This document shows positions 17,754-27,591 of a stretch of DNA of 54,272 bases, one piece after another. The notes below the pieces were generated by a model, which saw only the letters and a program-made list of their open reading frames with translations, did not search any database and had not been told where the DNA came from. Position 1 is the first letter of the stretch; each line of letters starts with the position of its first letter. The translations under genes were made by a program, and so were the position numbers. Source of the DNA: a virus (Duplodnaviria; Caudoviricetes). Location: positions 1 to 54,272 of the IMG/VR virus record IMGVR_UViG_3300037502_000299. One strand, given 5' to 3'.

Positions 17754-18818
17754 TTGGCATCTCAAATAAATGCAAGTAATTCTGGTTTTGGTGGCATAGT
17801 CTCTACTGGAGATTCTAGCGGAGAATTACAACTTCAAGCAGCTGGTACTACAATTGCTAATATAACTGCAACTGGAATGGCTGTTACTGGCACTTTATCT
17901 GCTACTGGACGATTAAATTTACCTACATGGACAACAGCTACAAGACCATCAAGCCCATCAACAGGAACGACAGGTTATAATACAACTACATCTCAGATAG
18001 AAGTTTATAATGCTACATATAGCTCATGGGTTAATGCAGGATCTTCTGGAGTTACTTATTCTGCTACATATTTAGTAGTAGCTGGTGGAGGGGGTGGTGG
18101 AACAAATATTGGTGGTGGTGGCGGTGCTGGAGGATATTTAACTGGTACTACTAATTTATCAGTCGGAACAACATATACAGCTACTGTAGGTGCTGGTGGC
18201 GGAGCAACAACAACAGGAAGCAATTCTGTATTCTCATCAATCACTTCATCTGGTGGTGGAGGTGGCGGTAATTATGGAACAAATGGTAAAGCAGGGGGCT
18301 CCGGTGGCGGAGGTGGTGTAGATGGTGGTAGCGGAGCTGCTGGAACATCTGGTCAAGGATTTGCTGGCGGTAATGGCGTTGCATCTATATCTACAAACTT
18401 TCCATCTGGAGGTGGCGGCGGATCTTCTGCGGTAGGAGCTAATGGTACATCAAATGGTGCATCGGGTTCAGGCGGAGCAGGAACAGCAAACTCTATCACG
18501 GGATCATCTGTAACATATGCTGGAGGTGGCGGTGCTGGTGCGTACAATAATTCAGTAGGTAGCGGTGGATCTGGCGGTGGTGCTAATGGAAGCAACGGAG
18601 CAAGTGGAACTGGCGGATCTGGAACAGCTAATACAGGCGGTGGAGGTGGCGGTGGAGGCTACAGTAGTGGAGCAGGTGGAACTGGCGGTTCAGGTGTAGT
18701 TATTCTTTCAGTCCCCACGGCAAACTACACAGGTACAACAACTGGTTCACCTACAATTACAACCTCAGGTTCTAATACTATTATTAAATTTAACTCATCT
18801 GGCACATATACAGCATAG
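17754..18818 (+). CDS. Glycine-rich tail-fibre-associated protein (paralogue 1)
   Basis: WTTATRP module, YLVVAGGGGG..ANTGGGGGG..GGSGVVI domain, ends GTYTA; TTG start with AAGGA. Confidence 0.75.
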   Translation: MASQINASNSGFGGIVSTGDSSGELQLQAAGTTIANITATGMAVTGTLSATGRLNLPTWTTATRPSSPSTGTTGYNTTTSQIEVYNATYSSWVNAGSSGVTYSATYLVVAGGGGGGTNIGGGGGAGGYLTGTTNLSVGTTYTATVGAGGGATTTGSNSVFSSITSSGGGGGGNYGTNGKAGGSGGGGGVDGGSGAAGTSGQGFAGGNGVASISTNFPSGGGGGSSAVGANGTSNGASGSGGAGTANSITGSSVTYAGGGGAGAYNNSVGSGGSGGGANGSNGASGTGGSGTANTGGGGGGGGYSSGAGGTGGSGVVILSVPTANYTGTTTGSPTITTSGSNTIIKFNSSGTYTA

Positions 18819-18826
18819 GATAAAAC

Positions 18827-19462
18827 ATGGCAAGCATAGTAGTCGCAGGAGATACATCAGGAACCGTAACCTTAGCTGCCCCAGCAGTATCAGGTACAAC
18901 TACGCTCACCCTGCCTACAACAAGTGGGACTGTATTGACAAGTGCAAGTACTATTCCTACAAGCCAATTATCTGGCTCTATTTCTTCAGCTTCTTTACCC
19001 GCTGGAAGTATTATTCAAGTTATTCAATCTACAAAAACAGACGCAACTACAGTCACAAGCACTTCTTATGTTGATGTAACAGGCCTATCATTATCTATTA
19101 CTCCGTCATCTACATCTAGTAGGATTTTAATTATGTATTCAGTTGATGCAGGCACAAATGGGGATATTTGCCATGGGTACGGAACTTTAGTTAGAAATTC
19201 TACTGAAATTTTTAAAGCTGATGCTGCTGGAATTAGAAGATGTGCCACATTTGTTGTTAATACAAACGGACAAGGCCAATATACATTTAGTGGTTCTTAT
19301 ATTGACTCTCCATCAACTACTTCAGCAACTACATACAAGATTCAAGTTTTAAGTTCTAATGGAACTGCTATAGCTATTAATAGATCAGGAAGAGATGAGA
19401 ATTTAGCAGGGTATGATGGAAGAGCAGTATCTTCTATAACAGCTATGGAAATAAAAGGATAA
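18827..19462 (+). CDS. Tail fibre-related protein
   Basis: GSIIQV..GLSLSITPSSTSSRILI..DSPSTTSATTYKIQ..SSITAMEI domain. Confidence 0.7.
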   Translation: MASIVVAGDTSGTVTLAAPAVSGTTTLTLPTTSGTVLTSASTIPTSQLSGSISSASLPAGSIIQVIQSTKTDATTVTSTSYVDVTGLSLSITPSSTSSRILIMYSVDAGTNGDICHGYGTLVRNSTEIFKADAAGIRRCATFVVNTNGQGQYTFSGSYIDSPSTTSATTYKIQVLSSNGTAIAINRSGRDENLAGYDGRAVSSITAMEIKG

Positions 19463-19465
19463 ATA

Positions 19466-20539
19466 ATGCCACTCTTACTTACAGGCGCAGCAGGTTCATC
19501 TACACTAGATAGTTCTACAGGGTTAGCTATTGCTACTTGGACAACTGCTACACGCCCCACAAGCCCTGTTGCCGGACAGATTGGGTATAGCTCTACTTTT
19601 ACAACATTAGAAGTTTATAACGGTACAGGATGGGAAATTATTAATGGTGTTTGGACGACAGCAACAAGACCTACAACCCCTCCTATGGGAACGATTGGAT
19701 ACAATACAACGACAGGTCAAATAGAAGCTTATAATTCTACAACTGCAGTATGGGCTAATGCCGGGACTTCTGGGGTTACATATTCAGCATCTTATTTAAT
19801 TGTAGCTGGTGGGGGTTCAGGTGGTAATCAGTTAGGATCATCAACTTATGCTTCAGCAGGGGGCGGAGCAGGGGGATTATTAACTGGCACATCAACATTA
19901 ACTATAGGAACAACATATTCGTTTGTTGTTGGTGCAGGGGGCACAACACCAAGCATAGGTTCTAATTCTACAGGATTTAGTCTTACAGCAATTGGTGGTG
20001 GTTGTGGCATACCTACAGGTGCAGCTTCAAAAAATGGAGGTTCTGGTGGAGGCGGTGGAGACCCTGTAGGTGCTGCAGACACAACAGGCGGAACAGGCAC
20101 TGCAGGTCAAGGTAATGCTGGTGGTAATAACTCAGGAGGCCAAGGAACATCTGCAGGTGGTGGCGGAGCTGGTGCCGCAGGTTCTGGAACACAAGGTGGT
20201 GTTGGACTCTCAAACTCTATCACAGGCTCTTCAGTATTTTATGCTGGTGGAGGTTCAGGTACTACAGGTTCAACTGTAACTGGCGGAAATGGTGGTGGCG
20301 GAAATGGTGGCTTATTTGCCAACTCAACTGCTGGAACTGCTAATACTGGTGGGGGCGGTGGAGGTTCTCAAGGTCCAAGTGGGGGTTCTCAAGCGGGTAA
20401 AAATGGTGGTTCTGGAGTAGTTATTTTATCCGTACCCACAGCCAACTATTCAGGCACGACAACAGGTTCACCTACAGTTACAACATCAGGTTCTAATACT
20501 ATTATTAAATTTAACTCATCTGGCAGTTATACAGCTTAA
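19466..20539 (+). CDS. Glycine-rich tail-fibre-associated protein (paralogue 2)
   Basis: Two WTTATRP modules plus the same Gly-rich domain; ends GSYTA. Confidence 0.75.
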   Translation: MPLLLTGAAGSSTLDSSTGLAIATWTTATRPTSPVAGQIGYSSTFTTLEVYNGTGWEIINGVWTTATRPTTPPMGTIGYNTTTGQIEAYNSTTAVWANAGTSGVTYSASYLIVAGGGSGGNQLGSSTYASAGGGAGGLLTGTSTLTIGTTYSFVVGAGGTTPSIGSNSTGFSLTAIGGGCGIPTGAASKNGGSGGGGGDPVGAADTTGGTGTAGQGNAGGNNSGGQGTSAGGGGAGAAGSGTQGGVGLSNSITGSSVFYAGGGSGTTGSTVTGGNGGGGNGGLFANSTAGTANTGGGGGGSQGPSGGSQAGKNGGSGVVILSVPTANYSGTTTGSPTVTTSGSNTIIKFNSSGSYTA

Positions 20540-20558
20540 TTTTTAAAGGAGAAAAACA

Positions 20559-20873
20559 ATGTCACATTTTGCAAAAGTAGTAGACGGTAAAGTAACACAG
20601 GTCATCGTGGCTGAACCAGAATTTTTTGATACATTCGTAGATTCAAGTCCAGGTACTTGGCTACAAACAAGTTATAATACGTATGGCAATCAACACCCAG
20701 AAGGTAGACCTTTAAGAGGTAACTACGCAGGAATCGGGTTTACATACGATGCAGTAAACGATGTATTCTATGCCCCTAAACCATCAGACACAGCAGTGTT
20801 AAACGAAACAACATGGTTATGGGAAGATACAGAAGCTCAAGCACCAGAATTACCACAAGATCCACAAGGATAA
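20559..20873 (+). CDS. Small tail-fibre accessory/chaperone-like protein
   Basis: MSHFAKV..WLQTSYNT..RGNYAGIGFTYD..DVFYAPKP pattern commonly seen beside Gly-rich fibre genes. Confidence 0.65.
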   Translation: MSHFAKVVDGKVTQVIVAEPEFFDTFVDSSPGTWLQTSYNTYGNQHPEGRPLRGNYAGIGFTYDAVNDVFYAPKPSDTAVLNETTWLWEDTEAQAPELPQDPQG

Positions 20874-20877
20874 CTAA

Positions 20878-21093
20878 ATGACATACGCAGTCAATGTAGC
20901 AACACTAGGTTCTAGCGGAGGAACGTCCATATCTACATGGACTACAGGAACTCGTCCATCTTTACCTTTAACAGGGCAGATTGGATATAACACAACTACA
21001 AGCTCACCAGAATATTATAACGGAAGTTCTTGGCAATCTATAACTACAACAGGAAAGTCTATTGCTATGTCAATAGTATTTGGAGGAAGTTAA
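20878..21093 (+). CDS. Mini fibre-module protein
   Basis: One WTTGTRP..GYNTTT module; ends GKSIAMSIVFG. Confidence 0.6.
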   Translation: MTYAVNVATLGSSGGTSISTWTTGTRPSLPLTGQIGYNTTTSSPEYYNGSSWQSITTTGKSIAMSIVFGGS

Positions 21094-21094
21094 T

Positions 21095-21454
21095 ATGGCA
21101 GCACCTAATATAGTCAATGTAACAACAATTACAGGAAAAACCACAGGAGCAGCTCTTACTACAAGTAGTGCAGATATTGTCACTAATTCAGCAGCTAGTG
21201 GTAAAGTATTTAAAATAAATGCTATTTATGTAGCTAACGTTGATGGTACAAGTAACGCTGACGCTACAGTATCTTTTTTTAATGCTGATAATACAACATC
21301 ATATAAATTAGCTCATACGATTACAGTCCCTGCCGATGCAACATTAGACTTAATAAGCAAACATATTTATCTTGAAGAAGGTGACAAAATTACAGCTTTA
21401 GCCTCTGCTAATGGAGACTTAGAGATTGTTGTGTCTTATGAGGAAATAAATTAA
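21095..21454 (+). CDS. Tail-associated beta protein; start at ATG 21095
   Basis: MAAPNIVNV..YLEEGDKI..SYEEI; GGAGG upstream. Confidence 0.65.
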   Translation: MAAPNIVNVTTITGKTTGAALTTSSADIVTNSAASGKVFKINAIYVANVDGTSNADATVSFFNADNTTSYKLAHTITVPADATLDLISKHIYLEEGDKITALASANGDLEIVVSYEEIN

Positions 21455-22332
21455 TGAAACGTCATAATGGCGGAATAGTGGGTAAATTTAATGCCACTTC
21501 AACCTCTAGTGCAAAAGGTAGATTTTCTTTATCTGAAATACAAGAAGCCCTTTTAAACGGCACTTGGCCATTACAAATTATTACTGCTGACTATTTAGTA
21601 GTTGCGGGCGGTGGTGGTGGTGGTGGGGATAACATTAATGGAACACAATCTGGTGGTGGTGGAGCAGGGGGGTTTTTAACTGGATCTTTAACATTATCTA
21701 GTACCACAGTTTATACCATTACTGTAGGTGCTGGTGGTGGCGGTGCTGGTGGTACTAATCGTGGTGGATCAGGATCAGATTCAGTATTAAGTGGAACAGG
21801 AATAACTACAGTCACATCTACAGGTGGTGGTGGGGGAGCGGGACGAAGTAATAATACTGGTATAAGTGGTGGTTCAGGCGGTGCATCAACTAATAATGGC
21901 TCTGCTGGATCAGGTACAGCTGGACAAGGTAATAATGGCGGTGTAGGTAACAGTGATGGTGGTGGCGGAGGTGGTGGCGCTGGCGCAGTTGGTGGTACTC
22001 CTAATGGAGGTAGTGGATTAGCATCTTCTATCACAGGCTCTTCAGTATTTTATGCTGGTGGTGGTGGAGGCAGATTAGGTACTTCTCCTTTTACAACAGG
22101 CACAGGTGGCGCAGGTGGTGGCGCTAATTATGGAGGCGGTGGCGGTGCGAATACTGGTGGCGGTGGTGGAGGTGGTGGTGGATCTGGTGGTGGATCTGGT
22201 GGTTCAGGAGTAGTTATTATTTCAATCCCTACATCAAAATATACAGGAACAACTACAGGAAGCCCTACTATAACAACTTCAGGTTCTAATACAATTATGA
22301 CATTTACAGCTTCAGGCACATATACAGCATAA
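21454..22332 (+). CDS. Glycine-rich tail-fibre-associated protein (paralogue 3)
   Basis: Same Gly-rich domain with a different N-terminus; ends GTYTA. Confidence 0.75.
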   Translation: MKRHNGGIVGKFNATSTSSAKGRFSLSEIQEALLNGTWPLQIITADYLVVAGGGGGGGDNINGTQSGGGGAGGFLTGSLTLSSTTVYTITVGAGGGGAGGTNRGGSGSDSVLSGTGITTVTSTGGGGGAGRSNNTGISGGSGGASTNNGSAGSGTAGQGNNGGVGNSDGGGGGGGAGAVGGTPNGGSGLASSITGSSVFYAGGGGGRLGTSPFTTGTGGAGGGANYGGGGGANTGGGGGGGGGSGGGSGGSGVVIISIPTSKYTGTTTGSPTITTSGSNTIMTFTASGTYTA

Positions 22333-22341
22333 GGATAAATC

Positions 22342-23328
22342 ATGCCATTAACACAAGTCCCACCAGCGCTTTTAACTTCCACTACAGGAACAGGATCAAC
22401 TGTTGTACTAGGTACATCGCCTACGATTACTTCGCCTACTGTTACAGGCCAATTAAATTTTCCTGTGTGGACTACAGCTACACGCCCTGGAAGCCCAAGT
22501 ATGGGAACCGTTGGATATAATACTACAACAGGTCAAATCGAAGTTTATAATACAGATTCTAATACATGGAAGAACGCAGGTACTTCTGGAGCTGGATATA
22601 CCGTAGAATATTTTATTGTTGGTGGCGGAGCTGGTGGTGGTTTTGGTGTTTATGCATCAGGTGGTGGAGGTGGAGGTGGATATACAACAACTTCAAGCTT
22701 ATTTATTTCAACAGGAGTTTCTTCAACTGTTACGGTAGGTGCTGGTGGAGCAGCTTACACTTCAGGGCAAGTTTCTTCTCTTGTATCTAGTGGGACAACT
22801 TATTCAGCTGCTGGAGGTGTAGGAGGAAATCTAGGTGCTGGTAACTACGCAGGGACAGCTGGTGGTTCTGGCGGTGGTGGTGGTAGTTATGCTGCTTATG
22901 GCGCTGCTGCTAATGGTGGTACTGATGGAAGCAATGGAGCATATAGTGCTTATGATAGCGGAGTAGGACAGGGAACTACAACTCGTTATTTTGCAACCGC
23001 TGGAGCAACTCTTTATTCTGGCGGTGGTGGTGGTGGAGCTAGTAATTATTCAGGTTCATCGGCTGCTGGTAGTGGCGGTTCGGGTGGTGGCGGTGGAGGC
23101 GGTGCAGCTGGTACAGGTACAGGAACTGCAGGAACTGCAAACACAGGTGGCGGTGGCGGTGGTGGCGGTGGTTCAGCAGGGGGCAGTGGTGGTACTGGAG
23201 GTGCTGGAGGATCAGGTATTGTTGTTATTCGCTACCCCGGTGCTCAAAGAGGTACAGGTGGTACAGTCACTTCAAGCGGTGGATACACATATCATACATT
23301 CACAACATCAGGTACATATACAGCATAA
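22342..23328 (+). CDS. Glycine-rich tail-fibre-associated protein (paralogue 4)
   Basis: WTTATRP module plus Gly-rich domain ending GGSGIVVIRY..HTFTTSGTYTA. Confidence 0.75.
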   Translation: MPLTQVPPALLTSTTGTGSTVVLGTSPTITSPTVTGQLNFPVWTTATRPGSPSMGTVGYNTTTGQIEVYNTDSNTWKNAGTSGAGYTVEYFIVGGGAGGGFGVYASGGGGGGGYTTTSSLFISTGVSSTVTVGAGGAAYTSGQVSSLVSSGTTYSAAGGVGGNLGAGNYAGTAGGSGGGGGSYAAYGAAANGGTDGSNGAYSAYDSGVGQGTTTRYFATAGATLYSGGGGGGASNYSGSSAAGSGGSGGGGGGGAAGTGTGTAGTANTGGGGGGGGGSAGGSGGTGGAGGSGIVVIRYPGAQRGTGGTVTSSGGYTYHTFTTSGTYTA

Positions 23329-24236
23329 TGTTTGGATACGCTGCCTTTGCTCAACCTACCTTTGCTTCCTTAGCGGGTAATGCGATTGTATTTTCTTTAG
23401 TTGAGAATATTGGGGTAGCCGATGCAAATAGCCAAGTCTGGAGCTTTACACAAAATGTTGCAGAGAATATTGAGGTTGGAGATTTAAATTCTCCCGCAGG
23501 TATTTTCATAGGTACACTAAATGAGAACATAGGATTAGCAGACGCAAGTACACAATTATCAACGTTCTTACAAAGTATCACAGAAGATGTTGCTGTTAAC
23601 GATGTAGAAAATATAAGCGCTCAGTTTAGTGCATCAGACACAGAAAATATCGGAGTCCAAGAAGAAGCTATACCTTACTTTGCAGCGTTACAAAGCATTA
23701 CAGAAAATGCAGATCTAAACGACGTTGAAACCATAGCTGCAAACTTTGTAGCTTCAGATACAGAAAATATAAACGTAGCCGATGATGCTACCGTGACTGC
23801 TCAATTCGCAGTATCTAGAACTGAGAATATAAACCTAGCTGACTTAAATAATATCACTGCTAACTTTAGTGTCACAAGGGCAGAAGACATTACGCTAGAT
23901 GATTTAAAAACAATTATCTCTATATTTACGTTTGATATTACAGAGAACGTTAACGTGGCTGATGCCAACATCACATCAGCTAACTTTGTACAAAGTATCG
24001 CAGAAAACGTCAGCCCTGCAGACTCTTATGTTGTGGTGGCTAATTTTGCTACTTCTATTACAGAGGCTATTACGCTACTTGATGATTTATGCTATAACGG
24101 CTGGTTTAAGATTGATGATTCACAAACTGCAGCTTGGGCTGCTATTGGACCTGCACCTGCTGGGGTCTGGGTAGATGTGAACGATGCTCAAACACCAAGT
24201 TGGGGCGCAATTGATACATCACAGCCTTGTAAATAA
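23328..24236 (+). CDS. Acidic tandem-repeat virion protein
   Basis: MFG..AFAQ.TFASL start; about 20-aa repeats with ENI..D; C-terminal W..(I/V).D.QT..W twice. Confidence 0.65.
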   Translation: MFGYAAFAQPTFASLAGNAIVFSLVENIGVADANSQVWSFTQNVAENIEVGDLNSPAGIFIGTLNENIGLADASTQLSTFLQSITEDVAVNDVENISAQFSASDTENIGVQEEAIPYFAALQSITENADLNDVETIAANFVASDTENINVADDATVTAQFAVSRTENINLADLNNITANFSVTRAEDITLDDLKTIISIFTFDITENVNVADANITSANFVQSIAENVSPADSYVVVANFATSITEAITLLDDLCYNGWFKIDDSQTAAWAAIGPAPAGVWVDVNDAQTPSWGAIDTSQPCK

Positions 24237-24271
24237 GATATAATACGGATAACTAAAATAAAGGAATTATT

Positions 24272-25099
24272 ATGGCAAGTACCTATTCACCACTTAAAAT
24301 AGAGCTTATTGGAACAGGCGACCAATCGGGTACCTGGGGGGTCACTACAAACACTAATTTAGGCACAGCAATTGAAGAGGCTATCACAGGAACGGCCGAT
24401 GTTACATTCTCAAGTGCTGACGTTACTTTAACCCTTACTAATACTAATACAACCCAAACTGCTCGTAACCTACGTCTAAACTTAGTAGGTACAGTAGGCG
24501 CTGCCCAAAACCTAATTGTACCTAGTATTGAAAAGCAATACATTGTTAATAATACTTTAGGTTATGACATCACAGTTAAGAACTCAACCGGTACAGGTGT
24601 GGCTGTACCTGCAGGCAAATCCATGATTGTGTTTAATACAGGATCAAACGTGGTTGAAACAGTAACAGCTCTAGCTACAGGCACAGTGATCCCCGTTGCA
24701 AACGGTGGTACAGGCGCTTCTACTGCATCTCTTACATCGTTCAATAATATTACAGGCTATACAGCGTCCGGTGCTACGGGTACTACGAGTTCTAACTTAG
24801 TATTCTCAGCTTCCCCTACTCTAACAGGTACGCCTCTAGCACCTACAGCGGCCCCTGGTACTAACACTACTCAAGTTGCAACCACTGCGTTTGTAGGAGC
24901 CGCGGTCACTGCAGCCACAGGTTCTTTAGGAACAATGTCTACACAAAATGCTAGTGCTGTTGCAATTACAGGAGGCACTATTACGGGCACTACAGTTAAC
25001 ACTGTAACAGTAGGATCAAATGCATCAGGAACTAAAACAATTTCAACAAGCACTCCAACCGGCGGTTCAGATGGAGATATTTGGTACCAAGTAACTTAA
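24272..25099 (+). CDS. Tail fibre/baseplate-attachment protein
   Basis: MASTYS..GDQSGTWG..TNTNL N-terminus; SPTLTGTPLAPTA..ATTAFV fibre repeat; C-terminal GDIWY. Confidence 0.7.
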   Translation: MASTYSPLKIELIGTGDQSGTWGVTTNTNLGTAIEEAITGTADVTFSSADVTLTLTNTNTTQTARNLRLNLVGTVGAAQNLIVPSIEKQYIVNNTLGYDITVKNSTGTGVAVPAGKSMIVFNTGSNVVETVTALATGTVIPVANGGTGASTASLTSFNNITGYTASGATGTTSSNLVFSASPTLTGTPLAPTAAPGTNTTQVATTAFVGAAVTAATGSLGTMSTQNASAVAITGGTITGTTVNTVTVGSNASGTKTISTSTPTGGSDGDIWYQVT

Positions 25100-25105
25100 T
25101 ATAAA

Positions 25106-26470
25106 ATGCCATTAGTTTATGTAAAACAATCCGGTGTTTGGAAAACAGTCCAACGCATCTACGTTAAAGATGGAGGAGCTTGGAAAAACCTTCAAGTAGG
25201 ACTTGTTACGCAAAGTGGTATAGGCAAACAATTTTATCCAAATTCAGTAGGTCCAACAACTTATAGTACTGCAGGGTCTTATACTTACACAGTACCTGCT
25301 ACAGTCACTTCTATTAGTGTGGCTGCCACAGGTGGCGGCGGTGCAGGGCAAGTATCATTTTTTAATGCAGGGTCATGGACTCAATCTAATGGCGCTGCAG
25401 GCAGTAGTTCTACAGTAACTAACGGCACTTGGACAATAACTTCTAATGGCGGTGGAGGTGGTTCATCTGGCGGAACAGGTGGTACTGTATCTATATCAGG
25501 TGCCTCATCTACTACACTTAATCAAACAGGTGGAAGTAAGTCAGGTGGTACTGGCGGTAGTTCATATTATGGTTCAGGTTCCGCACAAGGTGGAAGTTTT
25601 TCAAAACCTGCTACACCAAATTCTGGAGCAGGGGGCGGTGCTGGATTCCAAAATGATGGACCTCAAAACTATGGTGGCTCAGGTGGTGGTACAGGGATTG
25701 CAGTTTTTGCAGTAACACCCGGTCAAACCATTAATATTACAGTAGGTGCAGGTGCTACAGGTGCCAATGTTGATTATACAAAAGGAAGTAGTTTTGGCTC
25801 TTACGCAGGTAATGGCGGCACGGGTTTTGTATCTATTACACCAATAAATCCTAACGTTACTACATACTCTACTAATGGAACTTTCACAGTACCGATAGGC
25901 ATAACATCTCTTACTATGACTGCGGTTGGTGGTTCTGGTGGCGGAGGTGGCGGAGGTACTGGAGCTGGACAGACAGGTAGTACATCTAGTAAAGATAGTA
26001 GAACAATTACTGTTACTCCCGGTGAAACACTTACTATATCTGTAGGTCAAGGGGGCCAAGGCGGCAGGTCAGGTATATCTAATTGCGGCAGTAATGGTAT
26101 AAATTGGATTAACATTAATAATGATCCCGCACAAACAAGAGGACAAGGTGGTAGCGGGTATGTTAGTGGAGGTGCTGGAAGTGGCTCTGGATGCCCTAAC
26201 TCATTTAATTCTACTGGTGGCTGGTCTGGCGGCGGTGGCGGGTCAAGTGCATATGTATACTCAGGTGGAACAGTTATAGCTGGTGGTGGAGCTGGTGGTA
26301 ATGGCGGTATAAATTATGGTGGTGGTAGCGGAACAGGTGGTACAGGCGGTAATTCAGGTACTGGTAATCAAGGTGCAACAGGGGTAACAGGTGGTGCTGG
26401 ACAAGGTGCAACATTCTCTGGTGGATACGGAACTGACGGTTCAGCTGGATATGTAACTATCTCATGGTAA
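25106..26470 (+). CDS. Glycine-rich fibre-tip protein with duplicated Gly-rich domain
   Basis: YVK..GVWK N-terminal repeats; two (Y/F)TVP..GGGG..VTPG..VG.G..G(F/Y)V.I domains. Confidence 0.7.
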   Translation: MPLVYVKQSGVWKTVQRIYVKDGGAWKNLQVGLVTQSGIGKQFYPNSVGPTTYSTAGSYTYTVPATVTSISVAATGGGGAGQVSFFNAGSWTQSNGAAGSSSTVTNGTWTITSNGGGGGSSGGTGGTVSISGASSTTLNQTGGSKSGGTGGSSYYGSGSAQGGSFSKPATPNSGAGGGAGFQNDGPQNYGGSGGGTGIAVFAVTPGQTINITVGAGATGANVDYTKGSSFGSYAGNGGTGFVSITPINPNVTTYSTNGTFTVPIGITSLTMTAVGGSGGGGGGGTGAGQTGSTSSKDSRTITVTPGETLTISVGQGGQGGRSGISNCGSNGINWININNDPAQTRGQGGSGYVSGGAGSGSGCPNSFNSTGGWSGGGGGSSAYVYSGGTVIAGGGAGGNGGINYGGGSGTGGTGGNSGTGNQGATGVTGGAGQGATFSGGYGTDGSAGYVTISW

Positions 26471-26763
26471 ATTATAAAGAATCAGTAGAGTTTATTAATG
26501 CTCATAAGGATAAAGTAAGAGGCGTTATCATGACTACTTTAAGTTGCAAAGCTTGTGAACCTATTATTAATATATTTAATGAGTCTACTATACCGTTTGT
26601 TGCATTAAACGCAGATTCAGATGATTTAATTTATAAACCTCTTGGATATCCACAAACGTATTTGTTTTCTGAAAATAATAAATGTTATACAAGAGTAGAT
26701 GTTTTTGATTCTAGAATGTTTTATGAGTGGTTAGATAAAATTAAGGATTGGGAAGGAGTTTAA
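26464..26763 (+). CDS. Thioredoxin-fold protein
   Basis: CKAC motif after a beta strand; downstream GYPQTYLF resembles the cis-Pro loop. Confidence 0.55.
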   Translation: MVNYKESVEFINAHKDKVRGVIMTTLSCKACEPIINIFNESTIPFVALNADSDDLIYKPLGYPQTYLFSENNKCYTRVDVFDSRMFYEWLDKIKDWEGV

Positions 26764-26764
26764 T

Positions 26765-27112
26765 ATGAATGAATCAGCAAGAGAAGCAGCAAGTCGGTTT
26801 ATAGGCAAGTTCGGTATGCCTATGATTGTATTTTTAGTTTGTGTAGGCGTATTTGCCGCAATGTTTTTATCTGCCGAAGCATTAACACCTGTTATAGGAT
26901 TAGTATCTACTGCAGCTATGGCGCTCATTGGTATTCTTACAGGTATTACAGGTACTAAAGATAAAGAAGAAAGACCTGAAATAGAAGTCATTAAAGAGCT
27001 TGTAGCTAGATTAGATAAATCAGAAGTGCCTATGTCTGTAACAGTTGAAGGAGATAAAGTTACAGTGACTAAAGGTTCTGACTCAATTATTACAAAGGGT
27101 AAACAATGTTAA
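26765..27112 (+). CDS. Two-TM membrane protein (lysis cassette, holin/antiholin-like)
   Basis: Two hydrophobic helices; upstream of holin and endolysin. Confidence 0.55.
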   Translation: MNESAREAASRFIGKFGMPMIVFLVCVGVFAAMFLSAEALTPVIGLVSTAAMALIGILTGITGTKDKEERPEIEVIKELVARLDKSEVPMSVTVEGDKVTVTKGSDSIITKGKQC

Positions 27113-27591
27113 GCATACTATCATCTATCTTAGGCTTCGCTACAGCAGGGCTTCCAAACGTTTTAAACTTCTTCCAACAAAAGGGAGATCAAAAACATGA
27201 ACGTGAGATGGCTAAGCTACAAACCGAACGTGAACTTCAAATGGCTGAACGAGGTTTTATAGCTCAACAAAAAATAGAAGAGATTAAGCTAGATCAAGTT
27301 GAAGCACAAACTTATGCAGAAGAACGTGTAGCTTTATATGAACATGATAAAAAATTAGTTGACTCTGCTTCTCCTACAGTACGTAACTGGAATGGTATGG
27401 TAAGACCTGTGGTTGCATTTATCTTTGTAGGTGAGTTAGTCTTAATTAATTTTGTATCATTAGCTTGGGCTATGTGGTCAGGCGTTGATTTTATTGTAGC
27501 TTCTCATGAAGTATTTTCAACAGATGAAATGGCTATCGTAGCATCTATTATTGGTTTCTACTTTGGCTCAAGGACTTGGGAAAAGAAATAA
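27106..27591 (+). CDS. Putative holin
   Basis: VRPVVAF..TM..IIGFYFGSR signature of 3TM-type phage holins; adjacent to endolysin. Confidence 0.65.
   Translation: MLSILSSILGFATAGLPNVLNFFQQKGDQKHEREMAKLQTERELQMAERGFIAQQKIEEIKLDQVEAQTYAEERVALYEHDKKLVDSASPTVRNWNGMVRPVVAFIFVGELVLINFVSLAWAMWSGVDFIVASHEVFSTDEMAIVASIIGFYFGSRTWEKK

Noticed and set aside
18056-22382. Pro-rich minus-strand ORFs
   Set aside because: Antisense shadows of GGT/GGC glycine codon runs
17754-23328. Diversity-generating retroelement or invertible shufflon in the fibre cassette
   Set aside because: No reverse transcriptase or invertase in the window; repeats are short, exact and direct, not adenine-variable TR/VR pairs or inverted sites
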